Part shown: one piece after another, positions 1-12,310 of the stretch
Layout of the letters: each line of letters begins with the position of its first letter
Numbering within the stretch: the stretch's first letter is position 1
Source: Malacoraja senta
Lineage: Eukaryota
Assembly: GCA_038087875.1 (NCBI GenBank)
Contig: CM075989.1
Location: forward strand, 11,658,001-11,718,000
Direction: 5' to 3'
DNA: 60,000 nucleotides
Position numbers and translations under genes: made by a program
Notes under the pieces: generated by a model
The model's input: only the letters and a program-made list of their open reading frames with translations
What the model was told of the DNA's origin: nothing
Databases searched by the model: none

Positions 1-870
1 AGGTTGGGTGAGTGGGCAGATGCATGGCAGGTGCAGTATAATATGGATAAATGTGAGGTTATCCACTTTGGTGGCAAAAAACAGAAGGCAGATTATTATC
101 TGAATGGTGTCAGATTAGGAAAAGGGAATTTGCAACGAGAGCTGGGTGTGCTTGTGCATCAGTCACTGAAAGTAAGCATGCAGATACAGCAGGCAGTGAA
201 GAAAGCTAATGGCATGTTGGCCTTCATTGCTAGAGGATTTTAGTTTAGGAGCAAGGAGTTCCTATTGCAGTTGTACAGGGCCCTGGTGAGACCGCACCTG
301 GAGTATTTTGTGTAATTTTGGTCTCCTAATTTGAGGAAGGACATTATTGCTATTGAGGGAGTGCAGCGTAGGTTCACCAGGTTAATTCCAGGGATGGCAG
401 GAATGACCTTTGATGAAAGAATGGGTCAACTGGGCTTGTATTCACTGGAATTTAGAAGGATGAGAGGATATCTTGTACAAACATTTAAAATTCCTAAAGG
501 ATTGGACAGGCTAGATGCAGGAAAAATGTTCCCGATGTTGGAGGAGTCCAGAACCAGGGGTCACAGTTTAAGAATAAGGGGAAGGCCATTTACAGTTTAA
601 GAATAAGGGGAAGGCCATTTACGACTGAGATGAGGAATAACTTTTTCACCCAGAGAGTTGTGAATCTGTGGAATTCTCTGCCACTGAAGGCAGTGGAGGC
701 CAATTCACTGCATGTTTACAAGAGGGAGTTAGATTTAGCTCTTAGGGTTCTAGGAATCAAGGGATATGAGGAAAAAGCAGGAATGGGGTACCGATTTTAG
801 ATGATCAGCCATTATCATATTGAATGGCGGTGCTGGTTCGAAGGGCCGAATGGCCTACTCCGTCACCTGT
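1..870 (+). mobile_element. CR1 (HER1-like) LINE, 3' part of ORF2 and tail, degenerate
   Basis: WADAWQVQYNMDKCEVIHFG, KKANGMLAFIARG and IEGVQRRFTRLIPG motifs with stops; CR1 tail gaagggccgaatggcctactcc. Confidence 0.9.
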
Positions 871-879
871 TTCTATCTG

Positions 880-1090
880 ACTATCACCACCACCCCCGCC
901 CCTTCATATGTCATCTATTACCTACCACGCTCTGTCCTACCCCTCCTATCTTCCAGTACTCTCCCCCCCCCCCCCCCGCAACAATCAGTCTGAAGAAGGG
1001 TCCCGACCAGAAAGGTTACCAATCCACATTTTATAGGGATGTTGCCTGCCTGACCCGTTGAATTACTCCAGCACTTTGTGTCATTTTTTG
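880..1090 (+). mobile_element. Penelope-like pLTR fragment with degenerate hammerhead motif
   Basis: ctgaagaagggtcccgaccagaaagg at 990, followed by the family body (..gaattactccagcactttgtgtc). Confidence 0.7.
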
Positions 1091-1679
1091 CGCTAATATG
1101 ATGGATCGGCCACAAAGTTATTGAATAGCAATCACGGGGAGCCGAATGGCCTGCACCTCCTTCTATTTCTTATGCACCGTGGCGGTGCTGGCACTGGAGG
1201 AGCCTTTTGTCTCCTTGGATTCGCTGCCTGCCTGTGCTTTCTCCGGCTACGGACTCTCTCCACCGACCTCTTCACCGTAACATTCCCAACGGGGCTGAAA
1301 CTGTTCCTGGGAATGGGAGCAGATCCAGCGTTGTGGCTGAATCCCACCTTGTACCGATCCCCCCCAACCGATCTGCCAGATAATAAAGGCAGATTTATGC
1401 AGAACAGCAACCAGGAGCTGTGCAGAGGCGCTGCAGACACGCGGAGAGAACAAATCAAACCCGGTGATGTCGGAGCCATTATTACACGACATTTACAAGG
1501 CAGAAGGCACAATGGGAAATGCAGAACCAGCGGACAAAAAATACGAAACAATTCGATGCAAATACCGAGTTAAAATCCTGGCAGATCACATTATTTATTG
1601 CATTGCAAAAAAAAAGAAGCATTTAACTCGGAGTCCTGCACAAGATTGCCTCCAATTCCTGCAACGACCTTCCTCTCCA

Positions 1680-2480
1680 GTGTACACGCTCCCTCTGCCG
1701 GGCCCGCCGGTCTCTGCCCGCCTATTGGTTGGCGTTAAGCCCTGCCTATCTCGACCCCGCGGCTATTGGGTGGAACCCACGCCACTCAGGCAACGCGTGT
1801 CGTTGATTGGAGCAGCGGGCTGCCCGTCAGGGGCTGCTCCAGACCCCGCCCCCCAGGGGCAGACGGATACTTTTGTGGCGGCCGATAGTTTGTGTTAAAG
1901 GGCCGCGTCAGCTGGCGGCAGCGATGAGAGGGCAGCCCGGCCACAGCGCGTTAGCGAGCAGCTGGCGACCGAGGTGAAAGCCCAGCAAAACACACACAGC
2001 CGGCTCCGGGCGGATCGGTTGCCTTTCTCCGGCTCCCCAGCCGCCTCGCACAGCTGAAAGATGCTCAGCAGGCTGAGGAGCGGCAGCATCAGGAACCTGG
2101 ACCGCGAGTTCGACTGCACCGTCAGGCTGCTGGACGATTCCGAGTATCCTTGCACCATTCAGGTCAGTGCGGGGGACCGGCACGGACGCGGCCGTGTGTG
2201 TGAATGAAACACTTTGCATCTTTTATGTTCAATCCGCGGGCGTGAATGTTTGATAACGGAGTTACTGTCTGTGTGTGGATGCACCGCCGAGCTATTCAGC
2301 GGCCAATCTGCGCCGAATGAATGGGACGCCGGTCGCGGCGAAGCCCGATTACATCAGTGGAAGCGGGCTTGAACTTCTCTGTTAAACTGTTGGTCCTCAC
2401 TCCATCCTCCCAATGGTTTTTATATTGTAACTTCAACAAAATGTAGGGAGTGCTTCTGCCACGGTGCAGAGCTCCCGTGG
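1680..2480 (+). promoter_or_regulatory. CpG-island promoter / 5' UTR of FRMD5
   Basis: CpG-dense stretch in CpG-poor surroundings. Inverted CCAAT boxes (ATTGG) at 1724, 1765 and 1806; GC box CCCCGCCCC at 1844-1852; no obvious TATA. Confidence 0.85.
2061..2162 (+). CDS. FRMD5: FERM domain-containing protein 5, first coding exon (34 codons, phase-0 donor)
   Basis: ATG at 2061 (aagATGc) translates [34 protein letters not shown]. This closely matches the recalled human FRMD5 N-terminus [34 protein letters not shown]. It is followed by the donor CAG|gtcagt at 2163. Too short for the ORF track. Confidence 0.95.
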
Positions 2481-2914
2481 TGTGGGAGAAGCAATTTAAT
2501 TGTGCACATTGCATGGCCTATAGCGACGATTTGCTGTGGATTAGGTGCCTTTCTGGTGGTTGGTGCTAGGGAACGGAGAATGATTAGGATCAAAGTAGGA
2601 TAACTCTTGGACGATCAGACGAGCAAATCACTCCGGGAAGATTAAGAAATCTGGGTCTTTAGACTTGTAGTGATCTCGATTACACAGAGGGTAACACAAA
2701 GAGATTAATTGAAACACAAGGAACTGCAGATGCTGGAATCTTGAGTAAAACACTCACGAGTAAAACACAACGTGCTGGAGGAAATCAGCGGGCCAGGCAG
2801 CATTTGTGGGGTGAATGGGCAGGCTGACTGATTCCGATGCATCTTTGCACCAGCGTTGAGTGCTGAAACTGGGGGAATGCAATTTAGGTTTCTTAGTGCT
2901 GGTCGTGAGCTAAA

Positions 2915-3155
2915 TGTCATCAACACAGAGAGTGGTGAATCTCTGGAATTCTCTGCCACAGAAGGTAGTTGAGGCCAGTTCATTGGCTATATTTAAGAGG
3001 GAGTTAGATGTGGCCCTTGTGGCTAAAGAGATCAGGGGGTATGGAGAGAAAGCAGGTACAGGATACTGAGTTGGATGATCAGCCATGATCATATTGAATG
3101 GCGGTGCAGGCTCGAAGGGCCGAATGGCCTACTCCTGCACCTATTTTCAATGTTT
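2915..3155 (+). mobile_element. CR1 LINE 3' end
   Basis: acacagagagtggtgaatctctggaattctctgccacag...gaagggccgaatggcctactcctgcacct; same family as 640-870. Confidence 0.85.
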
Positions 3156-4294
3156 CTAACTCCAATTCATCTCCTCCCGCTCCCCCCAAACCGGTCCATT
3201 GCCATTCCCCAAACAAATGTGTGCAAAGTACAAGATAACTTTGGTGAAATAAGCTGTTCTTTGGTTGGATGGGTCCCTGCCATTGGCAGCGGCAGGGCGC
3301 GAGTAAGGACCCGTGGCGTCCTGCAGCGAAGAAGCTTTGTGGCTCGCTGGTGCGCCTCACGTCATGGTTTACTCGGGCTGTAGTAATATGTACTGGCACG
3401 GAGGATGACATTGAGCAAAGCCGCAGATGTAAACAATAAAAAAAAACGAGTAAAACAAGGTGACGGCTGCGGACTGGAAGTTGACAGCGCAGCAGACGGC
3501 GCTAATGTCACTGTATGTCCTTACTAACCCACAACCTTCACACCGAGCACCTCTACGCTGGTAACGTGTCCCCAGGCACTTTACAGCCGACTTAGGAGGC
3601 AAAACCTAACGTCGTGACACCTTAGAAAGAAAATTACTGTGCTATTTAAAGCACAAACGTTAAAGCAATCATTGTCTTTCTCAAGCATATTTAGTCATCG
3701 ACAGGGTGCAGAGGTCTCTAGTGGGGTCAGCAGGTATTATCTGCCCAAACTGGGGAGGAGGCTAAGATGTAACTATATTGGTGAATTTTTAAATATATAT
3801 CAAAATAAACTCTATTCAAAGCAAAAATATGTACAATACAGGAACCGTGCAAAAAAAAAAAACACGCGACATTATCGGAGGCTATACTCTTTACACTATA
3901 TTGGTGAAATAAAACAAAACAGATAATGTTGGAAACACTCAGCAGGTCAAGCAGCGTCTGTGGAGTGAGAAATACGTTTCAAGTCAACCACCTGTGACCT
4001 GAACCATTTAGCTCTGTTTCGCTCACCTCGGATGCTGCTGTTTCAAGCATTTTTTTTCCATTGATTTCAATGTTCTCATGGTTTTCGAATCAAATACAGG
4101 TCAGAGCGGGCAAGAACGATTGTTTTTCTTTCCTGAAGAACACCAATGACCAGAAGCCCGTTTTCTGGTCTTCTAAATTCAAGATTTATTTGATTTATTG
4201 TATTAAATTCCTTTGATGCATTTATGATTCGAATTTGTCTCTGGATTAATGATCCAGAACACTAGCTAATAGTTTTCACCTGATCACTGAAGTG

Positions 4295-4715
4295 CATTTT
4301 ACGGAATATCTTAAAGGAGAATGAGGTTTTCTGAAGGAAATGTCTTGGTAGCTGAATGCGGGGTTCTCAATATTGCAGAGGCCAGAATTGGGAGAGCACC
4401 TAGATCCTGGAAGGTTGTAGGTCTGGAGTGAGGGGACTGAGGAGGTTAAAGAATGCTGAAGGTGGAGGTAACAGTGGCAGTAGGGTACAGGAAATGCAAG
4501 TAACAGAGAGAGGGTGGGTTGAACTTACACAGAGGGTGGGTTGGAGGTTACTGAGAGGGGAAGGGATGGAGGAGATTACAGAGAAGATGAGTTGTAAAGC
4601 TGGGGGAGGATGCAGGAGGGTGGTTGAGGGCTGCATAAAGTTACACAGAAAATATTGAAGGTTACTCAGAGGGAAGGAAGGGAGAGAAGCAGGGATGGAA
4701 GAGGTGAAGGAATTG
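4295..4715 (-). repeat. Old L2-like remnant grading into a purine-rich degenerate minisatellite (ggaggttacagagagaggg-like units)
   Basis: Recurring gttac(a/t)gagaggg units; a related remnant lies at ~14690-14880. Confidence 0.5.
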
Positions 4716-5246
4716 CTCTCGGCATTCAATGGATACTTCAGAAGGATGGCTGCAATATAGGAACACAGTAGGTTATCATTATTAAATTATATCCATCCGT
4801 TTGAGTTAGCAAATTGCTGGATTTAATATTATTACTCTGTTTTAGCAATTTCTACACCGTTAGAAAGTTCTACTCTCTCAGTGCTCGTCTGGTGTCCAAT
4901 GTTTCTGGACTTCATCTGATTTCAAGGTTGCCTCTTTGACCTCCAAAATAACAACTTATCGATTTATCTTTGATAGAGAATTCACCCCTGGTTTACATAA
5001 TATTTTGTCACAGTCTGAACCTTGGAGCCAAGGTATCATTATAGGAATCCATTCCAATTCTTCCAAGGGCAGTAATTTTCTTTCCAAGGTGTAACAATCA
5101 GAGCAATGCCCACCACTCCAAGTATGATCCAATGAGGGGTTTGTGCAGTTTGGTAAAACTTTCACCCTTTTTATTCTACCAACCTAATTGTAAAAGCTAT
5201 CATTTCATTTGTTTTCTTTTTGGTGTATCTAGTTCTGACTGCTCTT

Positions 5247-5560
5247 GGGATGGTACTTTGGTGCAGCTAGTAGAGCTGTTACATTTGTGCCCCAAGACTA
5301 GGTTCACTCCTGACCGCCAATGCTGCCCATGTGGAGTTTGCATGTTCGCTCACATCGGTTTTCTCTCTGTGCTCCAGTTTTCTTCCACAACTCAAAGGCA
5401 TGCAAGTGGTAGATTGATCAGCCACTACACATTGCCCCAGAATGTAGCTGAGTGGTAGATTGTGAGGAGAATTAAATGGGATTGGTGTAACTGGGTGCTT
5501 GATGGTCAACATGGATTTGATGGGCTGCAGGATCTGTTTCTGTGCTGTGTGACTCTATGA
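5247..5560 (+). mobile_element. V-SINE (HE1-like): tRNA-like head, V domain, CR1-derived tail
   Basis: tggtgcagctagtagagctg head; gtggagtttgcatgtt...gtgctccagttttcttccaca V domain; tail ctgtgtgactctatga. Confidence 0.75.
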
Positions 5561-5931
5561 TATTCTAGTAAAACCGTAACTTATTTTTGGACTCCACCGT
5601 TTACATCTTTTACAAATATATAATCACACAGTGGCCTGTATAAAAAAAAAATGCATCTATTGCCATTTTGCCCAACCACTATGTCTATGCATAATTTTAC
5701 ATTTATCAACATGAATTACTAATTGCCAAATTTTGTGTCATTAATAAATATTGATAAATAGCTATCCATTGTGTATTCAACTGTGGATGAGGCTCTCTGA
5801 GAGCGAGTGCCCAGTTGAAAATGTTGTGCATATTTACAATAGCCACTCAACCACTTTGGCAGTGGCACCCAAGGGGAGCGAAACCAGAGAAGGCCAATCG
5901 AGCATGATGTGAACGCTTAACACTCTTATGT

Positions 5932-6057
5932 CTGAAGTAGGGTCTCGACCCAAAACGTCACCCATTCCTTCTCTCCAGAGATGCTGTCTGTCCCGCTGAG
6001 TTACTCCAACTTTTTGTGTCTATCTTCAGTTTAAACCAGCATCTGCAGTTCCTTCCT
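5932..6057 (+). mobile_element. Short Penelope-derived hammerhead element with TSD
   Basis: Starts at CTGAAG and ends at ..ttccttcct; flanked by ACACTCTTATGT at 5920-5931 and 6058-6069. Confidence 0.85.
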
Positions 6058-6751
6058 ACACTCTTATGTTGAAGTTGGGTATTAGTTAACCATTGTTTTA
6101 ATTATATTTTAACCATAATAATATTATTTGCTAACTTAGTAAATTCACAAACTGAGTAAAATTAGTCTGATTTGAACCAGAAATATATTCTGACAGACAA
6201 CTTAAAGTAGAGAAATGAAGAACTGTTGATGCTAGTTAGAAAAAAGAGACAAAGAGCTGGAGTAACTCATCGGGTCAGGCAGCATCTCCGGCAAACACGA
6301 AAAGGTCATGTTTTGGGTCAGGACTCTTCTTCAGTACAGGTATAGGAGGCCAGTCAGCCAAACAAGCTGTTCTTCCATTTATTGGTGCCTTGGTTCTGTA
6401 ACCAATGGCAACCTTATCTTGCAGATATACTGTCAAAGAAAAAACCCTGCAGAATTATGGAAATTAGGAATAAAAATAGGTAATACTGGAATTATCAGCA
6501 AGCAAGGCAGCATGTATGGAGGAGAAAACAGTTAATGTACCAGGTTGAAGTCCCTTTACCAAAGTATGGTCAATTTTAGATTAGAAATTTCCAATCCACT
6601 CTGACATCAATCTTGTTTACGGAGAGAGATCCCAAATTCAGCTCCCCCGAGCTAGAAAAAGGGCTTCCTGATATAAGCCCAGGAGTGCTCTATTCAACCT
6701 AAACAAAATTACATGGCTTCACATGACAAATGCTCTCTTTGTTCTGAAGAT

Positions 6752-6833
6752 AGACATAAAATGCTGGAGTAAGTCAGCGGGTCAGGCAGCATCTCTGGAG
6801 AAAAGGAATAGGTGATGTTTCGGGTCGGGGCCT
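6752..6833 (-). mobile_element. Short Penelope-derived element with TSD
   Basis: agacataaaatgctggagtaagtcagcgggtcaggcagcatctctgg..; TTCTGAAGAT direct repeats at 6742-6751 and 6834-6843. Confidence 0.75.
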
Positions 6834-7629
6834 TTCTGAAGATCTGATGTGCTTATGGAGGCATACTATACACAAATTGTTTGCCACATACCCGATGTTA
6901 CACAGCAGTATACTTCATTGACTATACACCGCTGAGGTCATGAGGTGCTACCTAAATTCAAGTCTCTTTATTCTGTTTGGGACATTTCAGTGTTCTTTCT
7001 GGGATATATGACAATAAAACACTTGACTCTTGACTCTGTTCAGTGTTCAGCAGTTAACAGACTTCTTGAAGTGTTTAAGGAACACATTCATTAATTGCAA
7101 CTAATCTTGTAAGTGACTGAAATAACGTCTGGGTAATTAAAACCATAATCATATCCATTATATAAAACCAATAATGGTTGAATTGTAAGATTCTGCCCCA
7201 AGCTCCCTCTCTTGAACTTGCGATGAAAATGTGGAGATAATTGCTGCAGTGTTTCTTATTCTGTTTTAATAATGTGATTGCCTTGCATTTGAGGTTTAAA
7301 ACAACTCATTTAAATGGGTAGAGTTGTTCCAGGTTGTTTGTGCTATTTTGACAATTTAGCAAATGACCTTGAAGGATACTTGCTATATTATGTGCAACAT
7401 ATGGTTGTAAGGACAGGTGAGGGATGTGGGGTTTTCAATGGGGAATTGGGTTTATCATGGAGCTGAGGGTTGGTGGTTGGTGGGTAGTTTGAGTGTTCCT
7501 TTGTCCTAATGCCCACAAATCACTGCTGCAACCAATCTCAAAAACAGCTATGTTGCAAAACTATTTTGGTGCCAATAGAACTCAAAATGATTGATTTCAT
7601 TTCCTTTCCCCTCAATCTTCAAAGAGTAT

Positions 7630-7980
7630 ATAGTAGTCTGGTTATTATGTTACTGGTATTCAGATCCAGAATCTTAAGTTCAAATCATATCTGGCATTAG
7701 GGAATAAATTCACTTCGCTAAATAAATCCAGAATTTAAAAACGTTGACATCAGCATTGGTGACTGGAAATCTACCAGTTAGTCGTCAAATCCCATGCGGT
7801 TCCTTAACATTCGTCAGTGAAGGAGACCGATGGTCAACTGAAAGTCCTGACTCACGATAATGTGGTTCATTGTTAAAGGTGCTTTGAAATGCATTGAGTA
7901 AGCCATTATATTTAAGGGTGATTAGAAGTGGGTAATAAATTGTGGTCTTAAGTGATGCTCACATTCTGTAAATAAAAACA
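7630..7980 (+). mobile_element. Old tRNA-derived SINE
   Basis: A/B-box-like head (tagtagtctgg...aagttcaaatc) and tail gggtaataaattgtgg...cacattctgtaaataaaaa; related minus-strand remnants at ~4120-4270 and ~48080-48320. Confidence 0.5.
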
Positions 7981-8015
7981 AAAATGGTGTCATGTCAAAC
8001 ATGTCCATGACTAAA

Positions 8016-8238
8016 TGTAGCAAAAAGGAACTGCAGATGTTGGTTTGCACAAAAGGTAACAAAGTGCTGGAGTAACTCAGCAAGTCAGGCAGCATCTCTG
8101 GTGAACATGGATAGGTGATGATTCATGTCAGGACTGTTCTTCAGACTGGAGCAGGGTCCCGACCCGAAACGTTACCTAGCCATGTTCTCCAGAGATGCTG
8201 TTAGACCCGCTAAGAGTTACACCAGCACACTGTCCTTT
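8016..8238 (-). mobile_element. Palindromic Penelope-derived hammerhead element with 16-bp TSD
   Basis: Two inverted arms; CATGTCCATGACTAAA at 8000-8015 and 8239-8254. Confidence 0.85.
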
Positions 8239-9159
8239 CATGTCCATGACTAAACTTGTACTCGCATGTCCTAAAGGCCCAGCACTTCCTGCCGGGGGAG
8301 CCACCCATACCCACCTTTAATGGACCTGCTAAGTCCACCCTGGTTTACGTTGCATGGATCTCCAATGAGAAGTTCCAATTTTCATCAGCGAAGTCTAGAA
8401 CAGCGCACAGTCTCTCATGTGTAAACATCAAATTGTGTCAGGGCCAGAACAAACCCATCTCACTGAAAAGCTGAAAGAAACAATGTTGACTTGTTCTGCA
8501 ATGTCCTTTTGGTTTAGCTGACTGTAAAAACTCGTGAATGTCTCTAATCAAAATATTTAAAAAAACTATTAAGAATAATTAAACAATTAAAAGCATTTAA
8601 ATATACTACATTAATTAAAATATTCATATTAATATATTAATTGCATACCTGAATCATGTATCCATTCACATCATTGGAATGTTTGGTCCTGTTGTCCTTG
8701 TGCTAGACATCCTGGCTATATATTAGGAGGGCAAGTTCCTCAACATTACACCTCTCGGGAAGCTTAAAACGTCCCATATTGCTTGCGAGTTATGAATTTC
8801 CTGGCACTGGGCAGTGCTCGTAATTCTACAGGGAAGTGATGACTTTTCACAGGAGAATACTTTCCAATTCTTATCGGGCTCAATGTCAACAATGTGTCTG
8901 TGATATCCCTTTGCAGCTCCACTGTGTAATAGGTGCCACATAAATTAATATTATTGTTAAATCATAATCCAAATTTTGTAAAGCATGGTCTGTAGATGTT
9001 GCAGGATTCTTGTAACTGAAGCACATTTTACTTTAAATTTACTGAAGTCCTGGATATGGTCTCTTCTAAGATGTTTCTGTAACCAAGGATTTACACCGCT
9101 GTGATTGTCCAATTGTCAGGATAACACTAATAAGCATGAAGAAGGTGTGCCAGCGCTTC

Positions 9160-9610
9160 TACATTCTTAAAATACTCCAACTAACCTCAACAGGTGCACT
9201 GTTGAACGTATCCTGACTGGTTGCATCACAGACTGGTATAGCAGTCAGGTGTCAGAGGTTATGGGGAGAAGGCAGGTGAATGGGGTTAGGAGGGAGAGAT
9301 AGATCAGCCATGGCAGAGTAGACTTGATGGGTTGAATGGCCTAATTCTACTCCTGTCACTTATGACCTTATGGCAGTTCCAATGCAAAGGAAAGTAAGAG
9401 GTGGAAGAGTGCGGTGGACTCAGACCGTCCATCATGGGCACAGCCCTCAAAAAGGCAGCATCCAGCATCCATCATCAAGGATCCCACCATCAGGCCATGT
9501 CCCTTTTTTTTTTGCTGCTACCGTCAGGCATGAGGTACAATAGCCTGAAGTCCCGCATCACCGGGTTTTGGAGCAGCTATTTTTCTACATTCATCACAAC
9601 GTTGAACTGA
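9160..9610 (+). mobile_element. Rex/Babar LINE 3' fragment interrupted by a CR1 tail (~9247-9370)
   Basis: ..ILTGCITDWYS then CR1 tail, then LKKAASSI..LLPSGMRYNSLKSRITGFWSSYF, typical of Rex RT C-termini. Confidence 0.65.
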
Positions 9611-12051
9611 CCTGCACAACCCTAATCCTACCTCAGCAACAGAAAACTTTAGTCCACATCTTACACTACCAGAGACTTGTTACATGATTGTGTTTGTGCA
9701 CTAATGTTTTGTATTTTGCACAATCCTTTTCTTTTCATTGTCATAATTTATGTAGAATTAGTGTTTTGCAGCCAATGAACTACAGTCACTATTGCAGCGT
9801 GGGAAATGCAGCAACCAGTTTCAGCAGAGCAAGCTCCCACAGACAACAACATGATGTTGGCCAGCTCTTTGATGTTGAATAAGGAGTCAATAGTCTCTCC
9901 ACTAGATTTCCTGTAAATGGTTTCAGAGGAGTATTTGCAAGAGAGTGGATGGGATTTCCAGTTGCTTCCTTTCCTTGTTCAAGGGACATTACTGGCATAA
10001 AGTGTCTATTCCCCCATTGTGCTGGACTGAGAAAGAAGTTAATCACTTTGTGGGTGGAAGTAACTGAAGTCGTAAATAGTTTGGGTAAGGACTTTTTTCC
10101 TGAAATGGGCATGAGTGAATCAGATGATAGACACAAAGTGCTGGAGTAACTCAGCCAGTCAGGCAGCATCTCTGGAGAAAAAGGATGGGTGACGCTTTGG
10201 GCTGGAACCCTTCAGACTGAATGTAGAGGGGGGGGGGGTGGAACTAAAGGAAGAGGGGAAGCAGTGATCCAAGTAGGCGTGAAATCTGAATGAATTAGAT
10301 TCGGATTATATCAAAACACAATGTGCTGGAGGAACTCAATGGGTCAGGCAGCATCTGTGGAGGGAATGGGCAGACACATCTGATTATAACAGTCTGATCG
10401 TTTTATAGTAGCTGTTATCAATCCTAACTTGAATTGAATTATTTGACTTAAAATTCTCACTGCTGAGGGTGTGATGGCAAATAAATATAAAATGCGTATC
10501 TCTGGGTTAATGGTCCTGAACTCTGGGTGCTGGTCTGTTAACTTAACCACATGCTGTTGGCATATCCCATCTCGCCCCCCCCCCCCCCCCATCGTTGCCT
10601 CCAGCAGTGTAGCCCTCCATCAGTATCCCACTGAACACCAACAGACTATTGTGTCCGTGCAGGAATTGAATCTGCAGAGGCAGAAGCTGGAGCACTGTCC
10701 TCAGAACCACACGGACAGGCTGTGTAAAAGGTGAACAGTTGTTAGTGTTGAAACCAAAAGCATCCGCAGTCTGTAAGAGGACGGGGGAGCAGTAACCTTG
10801 AGATGAAACGGTCACCACGTTTACCTGGAAATGGTTTCTGTAGGTTCACAGCTGTTTCCCTTTTGTGATATTTTAGTTTGCTTTTCCAATCACGTCCAGA
10901 AAATTCTCTTTTATTTTGTGCGAAGGCTTATTTTTTTTTTGTGCTGTGTTCAATTTCCCTTCAGTTCTGAGCTGCACGTGTCTTCTGTGCAACTCCGATC
11001 ATTTTGCGGTCAAGGTTACTCACGAGCCTTCATTAACTCTTCCCTCGTCGCAACTAATCCCCACCCCTCCTCATTTCAAGCCACAAAAGGAGCTCCATGG
11101 CATCTGGAGGAAATATCACACGAGACGTGTACTGAATCTTACGGAGATTTCCCCGCTTTTCCCGTTCGGTTTTAGGGTTTTGTCAAATGCTCCGTGCCCT
11201 TATTCCACAAGTGAACACATCAGAATGCAGCGGGCATCCTGAGACCGGAACATTTTTCAGCTGAGCGATCTGCTGCCCCTCCCCCGCACTCAGACCCCAC
11301 CGCCCGAGCTGCTGACTTCACTCCGTCATTGCCCTTGCTGTTATTTCCAATCCTCTGAGACGCTTTCTCAGTGTCAGTGCTTTACTTGGATCACAGATTC
11401 CATTAATTCCATCCTAAGCAGTGAATTGCTTTGACTTAACAGCCCGACTCAAGAAAGCAACCCAGTTGTGCAAGAACTGAAAGACGAAGACGCTTTACTG
11501 CAGCTTGAACTGGAATTTCAAGGAGTGTTTTATTTGTAGTCAAATAATATTAGAAGATGAGGGTAAACCTCACTATTCTGAATGGTCCAGCAGTTTGCCC
11601 CATTTGCTGATAACACCTTATCCCCAACCATTGGATTTTGGAGCCTGTTGAGGTTTACATAGGTCAGTAAATATGAAGAGTTGATCAGCTATTTGCATGC
11701 AGTGAACTCCTCACATACTTCAAGCTAATTAACATTGAAATATAGACACAAATTGCTGGAGTAACTCAGCGGGTCAGGCAGCATCTCTGGCGAAAAGGAA
11801 GAGGTGACGTTTTGCGTCGAGACCCTTCACCAGATTGTGAGTCCGGGAGGGGGACACCATAGGTATCGGAAGGTACAGAACAAAGCAGAGCTTGCATCGA
11901 TGACTCGGGAAAGGCAGAGCCCACAATGGTCCATTGTTGGTTGGGGGCGAGGTGATAACGAAGAAATACAAACGGTGAAATTTTGAACATTGAAAGATGT
12001 TGTCGACCAAGATTTTGTGAACTGCTGGTTTACATAAAAGGACACAAAGCA

Positions 12052-12310
12052 CCAGAGAACCAGGTTCGATCCTAACTATGGGTGCTGTCTGTACGGAGTT
12101 TGTACCTTCTGCTTGTGACCTGCGTGGGTTTATTTCCTGGCGCTCCAGTTTCCTCCCACACTCCAAAGTTTGTAGGCTAATTGGCTTGGTAAAATTGTAA
12201 ATTGTCCCTAATGTGTGTAGGAAAGTGTTAGTGTGTGGGGATATCTGTTCAGTGTGGACTCGGTGGGCCGATGGGCCTGTTTCCGCGCTGTATCTCTAAA
12301 CTAAACTAAA
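12052..12310 (+). mobile_element. V-SINE (HE1-like)
   Basis: B-box ggttcgatcc, V domain (gtacggagtttgtacc..ctccagtttcctcccacactcc), tail gggcctgtttccgcgctgtatctctaaactaaac. Confidence 0.85.

Noticed and set aside
1121..1573. GOLM2/CASC4 first exon (head-to-head neighbour of FRMD5 in mammals)
   Set aside because: None of the long ORFs here resembles the recalled GOLM2 N-terminus.
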